DNA of 64,000 nucleotides, from positions 1 through 64,000 of the forward strand of contig CAXHJY010001128.1 of the NCBI GenBank assembly GCA_964016885.1, written 5' to 3'. The notes beneath the pieces were generated by a model, which worked only from the letters and a program-made list of their open reading frames with translations, did no database searches and was not told the origin of the DNA. This DNA is from Eledone cirrhosa. Lineage: Eukaryota. Both the position numbers and the translations under genes were made by a program. Below, one piece after another: positions 29,717-41,724 of this stretch (the stretch's first letter is position 1; each line of letters opens with the position of its first letter).

Positions 29717-30210
29717 ATCATCATTTTATGTTCACTTTTCCCTGCTTGGGTCCTATTCAGCACAGCATCTCCTCCGTGAGCTTCAGCGATCTGATGTCAG
29801 CTCTCACCACCTCTGCCCATGATTTTCGTGGTCTTCCTTCTACTGGGATTTCTTGGCACTTCTTTACTCAGTGGTCATCCTCCATGCGCATCAGATGTCC
29901 ATACAAACACAATCTTCTCTCTCGCACACCACAACTTATCCCTCTTATACACAGTTTCTCTCTCAACTCATTTATGCTTGGTTGTTCATGCACATTGACT
30001 TTGCACATCCAACAGAACATGCTTGCTTCATTTTTCTTCAGCCGTCGCGTATCCTCCGCAGTTGCTGCCCATGTCTCACTACCATGCAGCATCGCACATC
30101 TCACACAGGCATCATATAACCAGCCTTTCGTTCATAGGGAGAACCCCTTCTATGTCAACAGAGGAAGCAGCTCCCCAAACTTCTTCCAACCCGTCCTTAT
30201 TTGAGATACT
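29717..30210 (-). mobile_element. Older 5'-truncated RTE family A fragment
   Basis: ORF 29868..30104 AMLHGSETWAATAED... matches 34208..34696; degenerate (CAT) tail at 29717. Confidence 0.9.
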
Positions 30211-30219
30211 ATGGCCTTG

Positions 30220-30500
30220 GAGCAGGCTATATGATGCATGTATACAAACAACAATGTTGCACAACGAGACCTGGGCACTGTGTGCTAAGGACCTGCGAAG
30301 ATTGGAAAGAAATGAGGCCTCCATGCTTCGCTGGATGTGCAATAACAATATATGTGAATGGCAAAGTATAAATATACTGCATGAGAAATTAAGCATAAGA
30401 GGGATCAGTTGTTGCATGCAGGAGAGGAGTTTGTGTTGGTATGGACATGTGATGCGTATGAAGGATGACAGCTGTATAATAAGGTGCTGAATGCTCAAAG
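30220..30500 (+). mobile_element. RTE family B-like internal fragment
   Basis: RLYDACIQTTMLHNETWALCAKDLRRLERNEASMLRWMC...WYGHVMRM. Confidence 0.9.
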
Positions 30501-30636
30501 TCGTAATATCGAATCTACGAGATTTTGATATTATTTATTTTGTGAACAATACCTTAACATCTGTACGAGTAGCTGGTTTGAAAAGAAACAGCTGAGAGAA
30601 TTCTGACTGGATATGGCTGGTTTAAATGTTAAAGGG
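30500..30636. mobile_element. Partial piggyBac-type MITE (family P1)
   Basis: Aligns with ~36700-36843; ends TAAATGTTAAAGGG. Confidence 0.7.
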
Positions 30637-30715
30637 TCAATCAACTACTGGCCTGAAATCTGTAGGTTTCTTTGAAATCAATATCAAAATGAATAAAAGA
30701 AAGTTTCATCTTTAC

Positions 30716-30749
<34 letters not shown>

Positions 30750-31007
30750 AACACATACACACACGTCTAGTTAAGAAATTTGCTTCTCATTTAGGTAGAT
30801 TTGGGTCCATCGCGTCTTGGGCAAGTGTCTTCTATTATAGTCTTTTTCTGACCAACGCCTTGTGAGTGTATTTTAAACTGTTTATCATCATCATTGTTTG
30901 TATGTCCTCTTTTCCATGCTTGCATGGGTCGGACGGATCCTTCTCAGCACAGCATCTCTCCACTTGTCATGTTCCTCCGTGATCTCTTCCATCTTAGTGA
31001 TTTGCTT

Positions 31008-31152
31008 CCATCATAATCTTTTGTAAGAACCTTTGTTACATTATACTTTAAACACTAGCTTAATAATGAAAAAGTAAATTATATTGCTGGATTACTTTAA
31101 ACATTATTTGAAAATCATGCAGTGTTTCATTAGAAATATTGTCACAAAAGGG
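31008..31152. mobile_element. Partial piggyBac-type MITE (family P2)
   Basis: Ends ATTAGAAATATTGTCACAAAAGGG|TTAA, the reverse complement of the P2 left end. Confidence 0.65.
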
Positions 31153-31239
31153 TTAAAAACAAGTGAGGTAGCTGGCTGTAGAATTGTCTCCAAATATTAT
31201 CTAATCTATGTTTTCATGGAAAAATGTAACCTGATAAAA

Positions 31240-31543
31240 GCACCCAGTTCATACTGTAGGGCAGTAATGTTGGTTCCATGATACAGTCTGCACTGTAATG
31301 CAGTAGTGCTGGTGCCATGAAAAAAATCTCCCAGTTCACCATGTAAAGTGGTAGTGCCAGAGACAACAAATTTTCCCAGTACATGCTGTAAAGTGATTTG
31401 CATTAGGAAGGGCACCCAGTTGTAGAAACCAAGTCAGAAACAGAGCATACAAACAAGATTTGGTCACCTGATCAGTCTAGCCTCAATATGTGAATACTCG
31501 TCTAATCCATGTAAACATAGACATTTGATGTTTGATGATGATG
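31240..31543 (+). mobile_element. SINE-like fragment with an RTE-type 3' tail
   Basis: TTAGGAAGGGCACCCAGTTGTAGAAACC motif and (GAT)n end, shared with the RTE family B 3' UTR (61555-61700). Confidence 0.7.
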
Positions 31544-31635
31544 CTAACTGTTGTTAGTAACTATTTCACATCTACTGTATACAGTATAGGCTAAGAATCC
31601 CATATCTAAAAAATGCTTCGGACTAGAAGTATTTT

Positions 31636-31675
<40 letters not shown>

Positions 31676-31785
31676 GGGATGTTTGTATTGAACATCTATA
31701 AAATAGGACAGCTTGGGGATAGAACCCAAGCCTGAACACAATGCCCCTTTACATTTCAGTGTGTCTGTGTAATATACATACATAC

Positions 31786-34696
31786 ATAGTCGTAGGCAAG
31801 CGTCTTAGCTATAAGCTATTCTGGGTAGGTAAGGATGATGGGTTAGAGGGAGTAGGCATTTTCCTGGCTGAGAAATGGATCAATAAGACAATAGAGGTAG
31901 TTCGAGTTAGTAATCGAATAATTAAGCTTAGATTAGTTGTAGGTAGGAGACTACTGACAATCATCTCGGTCTATGCTCCCCAAGCAGGCCTAGGCAAAGA
32001 TGAGAAAGACTGCTTTTATGAGCAACTTTTGCAAACAACCACAATGACAGAGGACGGAGACATCGTTATGCTAGCAGGAGACTCCAATGGTCATGTTGGA
32101 CAGCTCCAGGATGGTTACACTGGGGTACATGGTGGGCACGGTTACGGTTCAAGAAATGAAGAAGGAGCGAGACTTCTTGAATTTTGTGATGCAAGTACAT
32201 TGACTATTTGCAACACAAACTTCCAGAAACCTGCCAACCACCTAATAACATACAAATCTGGTGAGCACATAAGCCAGATTGACTTCCTGCTAGTTAGGCA
32301 GTGGGACAGGCAGATAGTGTCTAATACCAAGGCATACCCTGGGGAAGAATGTACCCCACAGCATAGGTTAGTTGTTAGTGATATCTCAGTAAGCAAGAGA
32401 TGGAATGAGACATATAGGAAGGTGTGGAGAAGAAAGGTCTGGAAGCTAAAAGACCTTTCACTAAAATTCAAATTTAGGAAAGCCCTTCAAGATGTATATG
32501 ACGAAAAAGAAGACGATTTAGAGACGTATGACATAGATAATAACTGGAAGTTCTTACGTGACAACTTGCTGAAGGCTACTGATGAAACCTGTGGCTGGAG
32601 CAGAGCTCCAACCAGACAGAGAGTGACCTGGTGGTGGAACAGCAGTGTAGATAAGGCTATTAGAGACAAAAGACTAGCATGGAAGGCTTGGAATAAGGGT
32701 GGGAGTAGGGAAGAATATACAGCCACTAAGAGAGAAGCTAGACGTCAGGTGTACTTAGCACGCAGGGAGGCAGAGAGTAGGAGGTTTGCCAATGTTCTGC
32801 GACGGGAAGATCAGAGGCGTGCGGTGTTCCACATTGCAAGGCAGTGTGTCAATGCAAATCAGGATGTTGTTGGTGATAAATGTGTCCGGGATGATGCCGG
32901 TGTACTTAGTGTCACGAATGACCAGAAAAAGGAGGCCTGGAAATGTCATTATGAGAGACTGATGAATGTGGAGAACGAATGGGAGAGAGAGAAATTACCC
33001 TTGGTAGATCCGACAGAGGGACCAGCTATTGAGATTGACGAATATAGGGTCCAAGAGGCGATTAGGGAAATGAAAAATGGTAAGGCTGCCGGACCATCGG
33101 GAATAGTTGCTGAGATGCTGAAGGCATCAGGGGACGTAGGCACTAAACTGGTTGCACGCATAATCAATCAGGCTATATATGGTGGTGTCATACCCAAAGA
33201 CTGGTGCAGCAGTATTCTCATAAATTGCTACAAAGGTAAAGGGGATGCTTTGGAGAGGAGCAATTATAGGGGTATAAAACTGATAGATCAGGTTATGAAA
33301 GTGGCAGAAAGGATTTTAGCACAGCTAATTAGAGAAAGGGTCAAACTAGATGAGATGCAGTTTGGTTTTGTGCCTGGGAAGAGTACAACAGATGCCCTCT
33401 TCTTGGTGAGACAAATGCAAGAGAGGTTCTTAGAGAAGAATAAGCCACTATACTTAGCCTTTGTTGACCTAGAGAAGGCCTTTGATAGGGTACCCCGATC
33501 TGTCATCTGGTGGTCCCTAAGGAAGCTGGGTGTTGAGGAATGGCTTGTAAGGACAGTGCAAACTTTGTACAGAGGTACTCTCAGTAAAGTCAGGGTAGGA
33601 ATGGAGTTTAGTGAGGAATTCCAGATACAAGTAGGAGTACATCAGGGTTCGGTCCTCAGCCCGCTCTTGTTCATTATAGTCCTCCAAGCCATAACAGAGG
33701 AGTTTAAGACTGGCTGTCCATGGGAACTTCTCTATGCTGACGATCTGGCTCTTATGGCAGAATCAGTAGAGGAGCTAGAGAATAAATTCCGGCTATGGAA
33801 ACAGCAGTTGGAAGCAAGAGGACTGAGAGTAAATCTAGCTAAGACAAAAGTGTTGATGAGTAGAAAAGAGGACAAAACCCTGATTCCGTCAGGGAAATGG
33901 CCATGTTCGATATGCAGAAAAGGAACTGGCATAAATTCTATAAAATGGTCCTGGGTACACAAGAGATGTAGCGGGATAGCAGGCAAACTAACAGGTAGGG
34001 AGAAATATGTATGCAGTAGATGTACAGGGAAATTAGACAGTAGAAGTCGCACTGATAGACACATTTTTCAAATGCGAGAGGGCGCTATAGAAGTGGTGGA
34101 TAGCTTCCGGTACCTAGGAGATCAGATTAGCATGGGAGGAGGGTGTTCCGGGCATAGTATCTAGAATAAGGACGGGTTGGAAGAAGTTTAGGGAGCTGCT
34201 TCCTCTGTTGACGAAGAAGGGTTTCTCCCTGCGTACGAAAGGCCGGTTGTATGATGCCTGTGTGAGGAGCGCGATGCTGCATGGTAGTGAGACATGGGCA
34301 GCTACCGCAGAAGATATGCGACGGCTGGAGAGAAATGAGGCAAGCATGCTCCGTTGGATGTGCAGTGTAAATGTGCGTGAACGACCCAGCATAAATGTGT
34401 TGAGAGAGAAACTGTGTCTGAGAGGGATAGAATGTAGTGTACGGGAGAGGAGACTGAGGTGGTATGGACATGTGATGCGCATGGAGGATGACCGATGGGT
34501 GAAGAAGTGCCAGGAAATGCCAGTTGAAGGAAGACGTGGTAGAGGTAGACCACGAAAAACATGGGCGGAGGTGGTGAGAACAGACCTCAGATCATTGAAG
34601 CTCACGGTGGAGATGACGAGGGACCGTGACGAGTGGAGAGATGCTGTGCTGAATAAGACCCGTCCCACCCTTGCAAGCAGGGAAAAGCGGACGTAA
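31786..34696 (+). pseudogene. RTE endonuclease/reverse-transcriptase ORF, 5'-truncated, one frameshift near 34150
   Basis: ORFs 31741..34164 and 34208..34696 join across a frameshift; the Cys-rich motif also looks shortened (NSIKWSWVHKRC). Confidence 0.92.
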
Positions 34697-34720
34697 AATG
34701 ATGATGATGATGATGATGAT
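31786..34720 (+). mobile_element. Young 5'-truncated RTE LINE (family A), ~2.9 kb
   Basis: APE motifs (YAPQ, GDxNGH, IDF, HRLVV), RT motifs (QFGF, DLEKAFD, GVHQGSVLSP, YADD at 33733-33744), Cys-rich region, (GAT)n tail 34699-34720; begins mid-APE at a CATA microsatellite. Confidence 0.97.
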
Positions 34721-34902
34721 ATATAATAATAATACTATTTATAGTTATGTATATAGATAGTATAAACAACTATAAACAGGAAGGTCAGTAATTTCTTATT
34801 ACCTTATTACCAGTAGGAGAAATAGCTCAATGTATGAACATCAGTTGTTATACAGAGCAGGAAAATAAATCAATTATACAATTATCAAAGTTGTGTTCAA
34901 AT

Positions 34903-34966
34903 CATTTAATAGCTGACAATCGTTTCTTCCAAACTCTCGTTTGGAGTCATCGGAGCATTATCAATG
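34903..34966 (-). ncRNA. Minimal type I hammerhead ribozyme (U4C variant), Penelope-like/retrozyme type
   Basis: Minus strand reads CAUUGAUAAUGCU-CCGAUGA-CUCCAAAC GAGA GUUUGGAA-GAAAC GAUU GUC^AGCUAUUAAAUG; stems I, II and III and the core are in the correct order. Confidence 0.75.
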
Positions 34967-35609
34967 TTTGCACATATAATTAACCTCCTATTCAACTGAA
35001 CAATAATATAGATACATATAAATTGATGTGAGCAACAGTTTTGTATTTACAGGGTGGAATGGATGTATGTGACATATATTTTATGATAATTGTACAAACA
35101 TTCAAGTTCAAATTAAAACATTCAATTAAACATTCAAGTTCAAATTCAAGTTATTCACTTCTGGAAATTAACGATTGGAAAATTTAACGGTTGATCAAAT
35201 ATAGTATATGAATATGAATACATTAAGACTAATTTGCAATCCATTGCTCTAACTAACTTAAAACATTCAATATAAACATTAACTAACATTTTATTCAACA
35301 TATGTCATGGAAAAGTCTGCAAAAACTGTTTCTCAACACATACAAATTCGAACACTATCCGCATACAGCATCCACCATAGATTCTAATACATTAACATAT
35401 TTGCTTAAAGTGCATTATTTATTCATCTATATAGAAGTTGGGAGGGTCACGAATGGAACACATTTGATCATAGGTCTGAGTGAATGAGTGTTTAACCCAT
35501 TTAGAAATCTTTAACCAGCAACACATTTATTTACAAAACACTTGATGTTAAATTTCATAACAATGTAGGATAGAGTGGGCACTTTAATCTTGTCAAGGAC
35601 TTTACAACC

Positions 35610-36078
35610 TCTCTAGTGCTGGTGTCATGATAAAATGCATGCAGCAAACTCTGTAAAACGGTTGGTTTTAGGAAGGACATCTAACTTTAAAAGCATGCCA
35701 AAATCTGAAATGTACAATTCCCTAACTCATCTAGTCCCCTAACTCATCTAGGAGGTTAGTGACTTTGAATATGAACTGTCTTGGGCTGTAATAACCTGTC
35801 TGACCCATGCTAGCATAGAAAATGGATGCAAAAATGATGATTAAAACCTTTTTTTATTCTATGTTTACCTGTTGAGTATGACAACTTCTAGTGCTGATAT
35901 GTTAAAATGCATCCGGTACACATTGTAAAGTATTAGTGTTGGTGCTATTATAAAACAACCTCAGGCCACTCAGTAATTGCCATTAGAAAGGGCATCCAGC
36001 TGTAGAAACCATGCTAAATATGAACTGTAACAATCCATCCAACCCATGCCAGTATAGAAGAGACACAAACTGATAATG
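35610..36078 (+). mobile_element. Two degenerate SINE 3' fragments with RTE-type tails
   Basis: TTAGGAAGGACATC / TTAGAAAGGGCATCCAGCTGTAGAAACC ... ACCCATGC ... (GAT) motifs. Confidence 0.65.
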
Positions 36079-36267
36079 TAACACACATAAGCTGTAATAC
36101 AGATTTTGGAACAGGATATTTTGTTTGCCATAGATTGAATATTCATCATTAAATACATTTTTGTAATTGATTGATTGGTGAGAATTATTTATGACAACAG
36201 CTGGAGAATTCTTGTAAGATTACTTTATAATTTCTGTCATCAAGTACTATGGTGACAAAAGGTTCAA

Positions 36268-36470
36268 CCCTTTAGCATTTAAACCAGCTGTATCCGGCCA
36301 GAATTCTCTTGCCCCTTTCTGTTCAAAACAGCTGTAACCAGCCACTCATACTGATATTAAGGTATTGTTCTCAAAATAAATATCAAAATCTCAGATTTGA
36401 TATTATGTGAGGTAAAGCCTTTACTGTGAAAATATAATAGTAAATATAGAGTAATGTAAATGCTAAAGGG
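36268..36470. mobile_element. piggyBac-type MITE (family P1), complete
   Basis: 14-bp TIRs CCCTTTAGCATTTA / TAAATGCTAAAGGG; flanks TCAA and TTAA. Confidence 0.85.
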
Positions 36471-36634
36471 TTAAAGGAGGGGGTGTTAGGCTCACCATTG
36501 TAAGATTGTGAGTGGGCAAAGTCACATATCTCGCATTGCTCCAGTCCATTCAACTGGAAAAAAAAAAGGAATTGTATATGTATTTCAAAGGACCAGCCAT
36601 ATATCACACTGCCATGCTGAATCTTCCATAGAAC

Positions 36635-36843
36635 TACATTACTCTATATATACTACTGTATTTTTATAGTAAAGGCTTTACCTTACATAACTATCCCACA
36701 TAATATCGAATCTATGAGATTTTGATATTATCTATTTTGAGAACAATACCTTAACATCAGTATCAGTAGTTGGTTACGGCCGTTTTGAACAGAAAGGGTT
36801 GAGAGAACTCTGGTCGGATACAGCCAGTTTAAATGCTAAAGGG
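36635..36843. mobile_element. piggyBac-type MITE P1, inverted copy lacking one TIR
   Basis: Reverse-complement match to 36268-36458; ends TAAATGCTAAAGGG|TTAG. Confidence 0.8.
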
Positions 36844-37829
36844 TTAGAGGTACACGTGTCTGTGAAATATTCGGTCACTTGCATTTCATGAGCAAATTCT
36901 GTTGTTCAAACCGATGGAGGTCCAACACATTACTATTGATATAAGCCAGCTAAACCTTTATGGGTGTGAGCTGTAAAGTTTACATTTTATTATATATATT
37001 TTCACTGTTTCAATGTTGTTTTTATCTATTCTAATATTTAACTTGTTCAGTCTAAATCCTCTTTCTAACTTCTATTTTTATTAGTTTTCTTCTTTTTAAA
37101 AAATTCCTAACCACTTAAATGCTGTTGTTACTGTTTCTTTCTGGATTAAATCTGTTTATAAGTCTTAAGCAGGTAATTAGCTTATAGAGTACTGACACTC
37201 TCATTTCTTGTCTTTCGTTGTAATCAGAATAGTAGTAGTAGTAGTAGTAGTAGTAATAATAATAATAATTAATAATGATTTCTTTATTTTTATTTATTTT
37301 TTTTTTTTTTATTTATAATAATAATAGAAATATTAATCCATTTCAATCTCCTCTCTCAGAACTACACCACCCACATTCCAACCATATTATTTCTCTCCTA
37401 CTAAATATGTAGATTATAGTGATCACTTCACAGTATATTTTTTATTTACTCAGTTGGTTGGCATTCTTTCAGCTTACTGGCTGGCAACTTTGGCAGTTTA
37501 TTAACATTTTTTTGTGTGTGTATATATGAATGTGTGTGGGTGGGAGGGGGTGTTGAATTATGTCTGTGGGTGTACACATAGACATATATCTTTTTTCTTA
37601 TTTTTATTTAGCTAGCCTCCAAGACTGGTTGGAGGGAGGAAGTTTATCTCCCAGCCAGAGACCTAACCCAAATGCCTGCAACACAGCGGATACCCCCAAT
37701 GCCACCCGAGGAAGATGATGGTTAAATTAAACTACAAATTAAGTCTACCACCCATGTAGGCCAAGGCAGGGTTTGAACTCAGACTGCAAGGAGCTGGAAC
37801 AATTACTGCAGGGCATTGTGTCTAAAACT

Positions 37830-38017
37830 TAGGGCGGTGAATTGGCAGTATCAGTAGAGGGTTGGACGCCATGCTTTCTAGCATAGTTACGTCCCTTTAC
37901 AGTCAAATCTTTAGAGTTCAAATCCGGCCGAGGTTAACTTTGCCTTTCATCCTTACGGGGTTGATAAAATAAAGTACTGGATAATTGCTGGCCTTGTGCC
38001 TAAAGTAGAAACAATTA
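37830..38017 (+). mobile_element. tRNA-like SINE with an 11-bp TSD, nested in an older antisense SINE
   Basis: A-box-like TGGCAGTATCAG, B-box-like GAGTTCAAATCC, core GCCTTTCATCC..GGGGTTGATAAA; TSD TGTCTAAAACT at 37819-37829 and 38018-38028. Confidence 0.88.
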
Positions 38018-38481
38018 TGTCTAAAACTCACAATTTTACCAATCCATTGCCCTGGACTGGTAGTTTATTTGGAATTTGAATACAGACCATGAAGAGTTGT
38101 AACAAAACAAAAAAAAAAAAAACGACAAAGCATTTATCTGTTGCTCCAATGATTCCACCAATCTTTATGAACTGATGTAGCAAAATATGAAATAATGAAC
38201 ATATTTATCAAGATTTTGATTCTGTTAAACCAGTGATTCTCAAATGAGAGGCACTTAGCTCTCAAGGGAGGAATTTTAGCCAAGGGAGTAGGAAAGAATA
38301 GCATATGTTGTGTGTATATATAGCAAATGAAATATTAATATGGCCCAACTATTAGGGCGATCACAAATTTACATTTCACAAAACACTGCTGCTTCAGACT
38401 TTTGGAGACTATACAATTATGTGGCGGCGGTTGATGTTTTGAATTTGAAGAACATTTTATTAATATCAACTTCTTCATTAA

Positions 38482-38718
38482 CCCTTTTGTTATCATATTT
38501 CTCGTGAAATACTTTGTCTATGATTTTTGAATAATTTTTGAAAATTAGGAAGAATTTAGAGGGATTTAATAATTAACTAATTTTCTCGTTTTTAACTTGG
38601 TAATTTAACAAAGGTCTTTACATAAATTATGATAGGTTTTTAGATATATATTAACATTTTGAAATAGTTTTGTTTCTTCGAACCTGCAGTGGTGTCGAGT
38701 AGTTTAATATCAAATGGG
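38482..38718. mobile_element. piggyBac-type MITE (family P2)
   Basis: TTAA|CCCTTTTGTTAT ... ATATCAAATGGG|TTAA; homologous to 40775-41018 and 53046-53285. Confidence 0.8.
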
Positions 38719-39170
38719 TTAAATAATTGAAATACAGTGTGTTTTATTAGAAATATGGTCATGGAAAGGTTAAAGAATTGAAGTTCTTGAAGAACTTAAT
38801 TGACCTATTTTACCTAAGATGAACAGCTCTTAACAAGTTGTTCAGTGTAATGTACTGAAAAAATTCTTAACAAAGTCCTTCATCTCTGTATATCTTGAAC
38901 CATTAATTGCTAATCAGTGTGTGTTGAAGCATCATTTCAATATTTTAATGTTAAGGATATCAATTACAATATAACAATACAATATGAAAAGATGTGACCT
39001 TATTGTTTTAATGGACTGTGCATAAACCACTTCATTAGTAATCACCGGACTACTTTACACCATTCACTACCCATATCAATTTGTTTCTCTTCTAAACAAT
39101 TCCTGCTAATTTTCAACTAAAGTTCATTTTAATCTATAGTTTATAGATTTTTTTTTACCTTTCACTCCTC

Positions 39171-39396
39171 ATAATAATAATAATTGTTTCTACTTTAGGC
39201 ACAAGGCCAGCAATTTGAAGGGGAAGGGAAAGTTGATTAAATTGACTGCAGTACTTACTGGTGCTATATTTTATCAACCCCTTTAAGGATGAAAGGCTAA
39301 CCTCAGCAGGATTTGAACTCAGAACGCAATGGGCCATAACTCTGTTGCTAAGCATGCTGTCTGGCGCTCTACGAACTCTGCCAATCCACCGTCCTT
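39171..39396 (-). mobile_element. tRNA-like SINE (same family as 37830-38017) with (ATT)n tail
   Basis: Reverse-complement match including the B-box and core. Confidence 0.85.
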
Positions 39397-39397
39397 A

Positions 39398-39760
39398 TTA
39401 ATGATAATAATAATAATAATTTCTTTTATTGACCACAAGACCCCAGGACATTGGGGACAATACAAGGACAAAGGCAACATAACATAAAGTAAGGTTTACA
39501 TCAAGTAAACGAAGGGACATCACTGAAGTGAAATCAGTAGGAATAACAATAAAAGAAATTAATAATAAATATACAAAAGATAAAATAAAAACAATAACGA
39601 GGATCAATAAGGGCAAATCCCCAATAGTAGGTTAATCCCAGGGAAAAACTCGACACAAAGCCCTAGATTACTGCTTTCTCCCGATTTCCTTTCTCCTAGT
39701 TAGATCAAGCTTGTTCACATATGTCAATCTCGTTGCTCCCATCCATCTTTCATAAAACAC
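39398..39760 (-). mobile_element. 3' end of a probable L1/Tx1-like LINE
   Basis: Minus strand: short ORF end VFYERWMGATRLTYV..., T-rich UTR, AATAAA, then an (ATT)n tail; clade assignment is tentative. Confidence 0.45.
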
Positions 39761-39769
39761 ACAATAATA

Positions 39770-40681
39770 TCTATATATATAAAACTGAGGATGTCTGTGT
39801 GTGTGTGTGTGTGTTTGAATCCCTAACCCTCGAGAAGCACCCAACCGACTGTTTTCAAACTTTACACATGTAATACTTATGTTTCAGGGAGTGTTCTGAG
39901 CAAAAAAAAAATTTCAAATTTTCAATGCCCTAGGGACCACATTTGGCGATTTAGCAATCTCTCTCTATAATTCTTAGTCTTTCTCTTTTTAGATACATAC
40001 ATACATATAACGTCGCGCCCTTATAATATCTGTCTGTATGTCTGGCTGTCTGCATTATGTCACTTCCCTGAGGATGTCTGCCTGTGTGTGTGTCTGTGAG
40101 TTTGAATCCCTAAAACTAGAGAAGTACCCAACCGATTCTTTTCAAACTTTACACGTGTATTACTTATGTTTCAGGGAGTGTTGTGCACATAAAAAATTCA
40201 ACTTTTTGATCTCCTAGGGTCCGCATTAGGTGAAAAACTGCGTTTTTAAAGCCTTTTAGGGGTCTTTTGAGGCGTTACGTCGGACCAATTTCCTTGAAAT
40301 TGTAATTATGTATTAGTCAGTCTCTTCTTCATACCGTGAACAAAGAAAATCCAACTTTTTAATGACCCGGGGCTCGCATTAGGTGAAAAACTTCATTTTT
40401 TCAGCTTTTTGGAAGCGTTACTTCTAGCCGATTTTCCCGAAATTTCAAGGCATATTATGCACATAAAAAAATTTATTTTATGATCCCCTAGGTGAAAACC
40501 TGCATTTTTCCTGCTTCATCGAGGAAAATCTTAAAGATTATCCAGCCATCAGAGTATTCGGTTTATTTTATTTACATATTGTCCCAAGCATGCAGTTTTT
40601 CCACGATTAGGTCTGTTGGTGGCCCGCATCCCCCCCCCCCCCAAATACCTTATCCCATGCAACGCCGGGTACCACAGCTAG
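39770..40681 (+). mobile_element. Non-autonomous Helitron with internal tandem sub-repeats
   Basis: A|TCTATATATATAAAA 5' end; imperfect hairpin CCCATGC-AAC-GCCGGG at 40654-40669, then CTAG|T; no TSD; ~282-bp internal repeat (39785.. vs 40067..). Confidence 0.85.
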
Positions 40682-40774
40682 TAAATAATAATTTGCACCT
40701 GCTTGACAGCGTTCTAATGAAGGAGCTTCTATACAGCTGCTTGACCTATTAGAAATGGCAACCAAATTTCCATA

Positions 40775-41018
40775 CCCTTTCACTGCCATATTTTTTATGA
40801 AATACACTGTCTATGGTTTTTGAATCATTTGAAAAAAGAAACAAGAATATGAATTTATTTAGTTATATAACTTTCTTATTAAGCTGGTGTTTGGAACATA
40901 ACTTAAAGGTTCTTGTATAAAATTATGATTTGAAGGTTTTAGATAAATATAAACTCTTAAAAATTAAGTTTTATATTGTAGAACCAGAGCAGTTTCAGCG
41001 GTGTTGGTATTGATAGGG
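40775..41018. mobile_element. piggyBac-type MITE P2
   Basis: CCCTTT ... ATAGGG|TTAA; internal similarity to 38482-38718. Confidence 0.7.
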
Positions 41019-41724
41019 TTAAAAATGATAAAATAATATTGTTTCCGCTTGATACCACCTTCTAATGAAGGAGCCTCAATGTAATTGCTTGAGCTGCAAT
41101 TTCTAGCAGTATTACTGATTAAAAGTAAAGTCATCATCTGGTTTCTAGTTTTTTTTTTCTCACTGTTTAATCTAGAGTGGAAGGAGGGTGAGAATGAAAT
41201 TTACAGCTTGCACCCATGCAGAGTAAGCTGGTCTCTATGAGGTTGCCTCTCATATGAGGTTTCTTAGGTGGTGTATCACAAAAAGCAACATAAATTGAAG
41301 CATCTTGTTAAAAAATGCAATGTGCTGTTTGGTTCAGGAATCAAACCCATGATCTTATGATCATGGGTCTAACAGCCTAACTTTTAAGTGGATGAAATAA
41401 GAGATGCCTTGTAGTTGTTCTTGCTCTTTAAATTTGGCTCTGATCCTGTTTAGTAATTAAACATGTTGATGAGATGCAGATGTTATAGAATGGGATTTTC
41501 CCTTAATGAAGATAGTGTTGATTTTTTTTTTTTTTTTTTGTATCTGAAAGTCTGTTAGTCATTGTATATGTCCTGTATGTTGGTGTTTTATATCTGAAAG
41601 CCTCTATTAGTCATTGAGTATGTCAGGAAACTCCATTATGTTGTATGAGAGGAAGAGTGGCTAAGTTTAATTTTCCTTCCTATAAATGCACATGTGACTA
41701 TGTATTAGTGTAACTGTGTATAGG

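Noticed and set aside
37830-37930. Possible tRNA genes at A/B-box motifs
   Set aside because: No cloverleaf; the motifs run into a SINE core and tail and recur as degenerate copies
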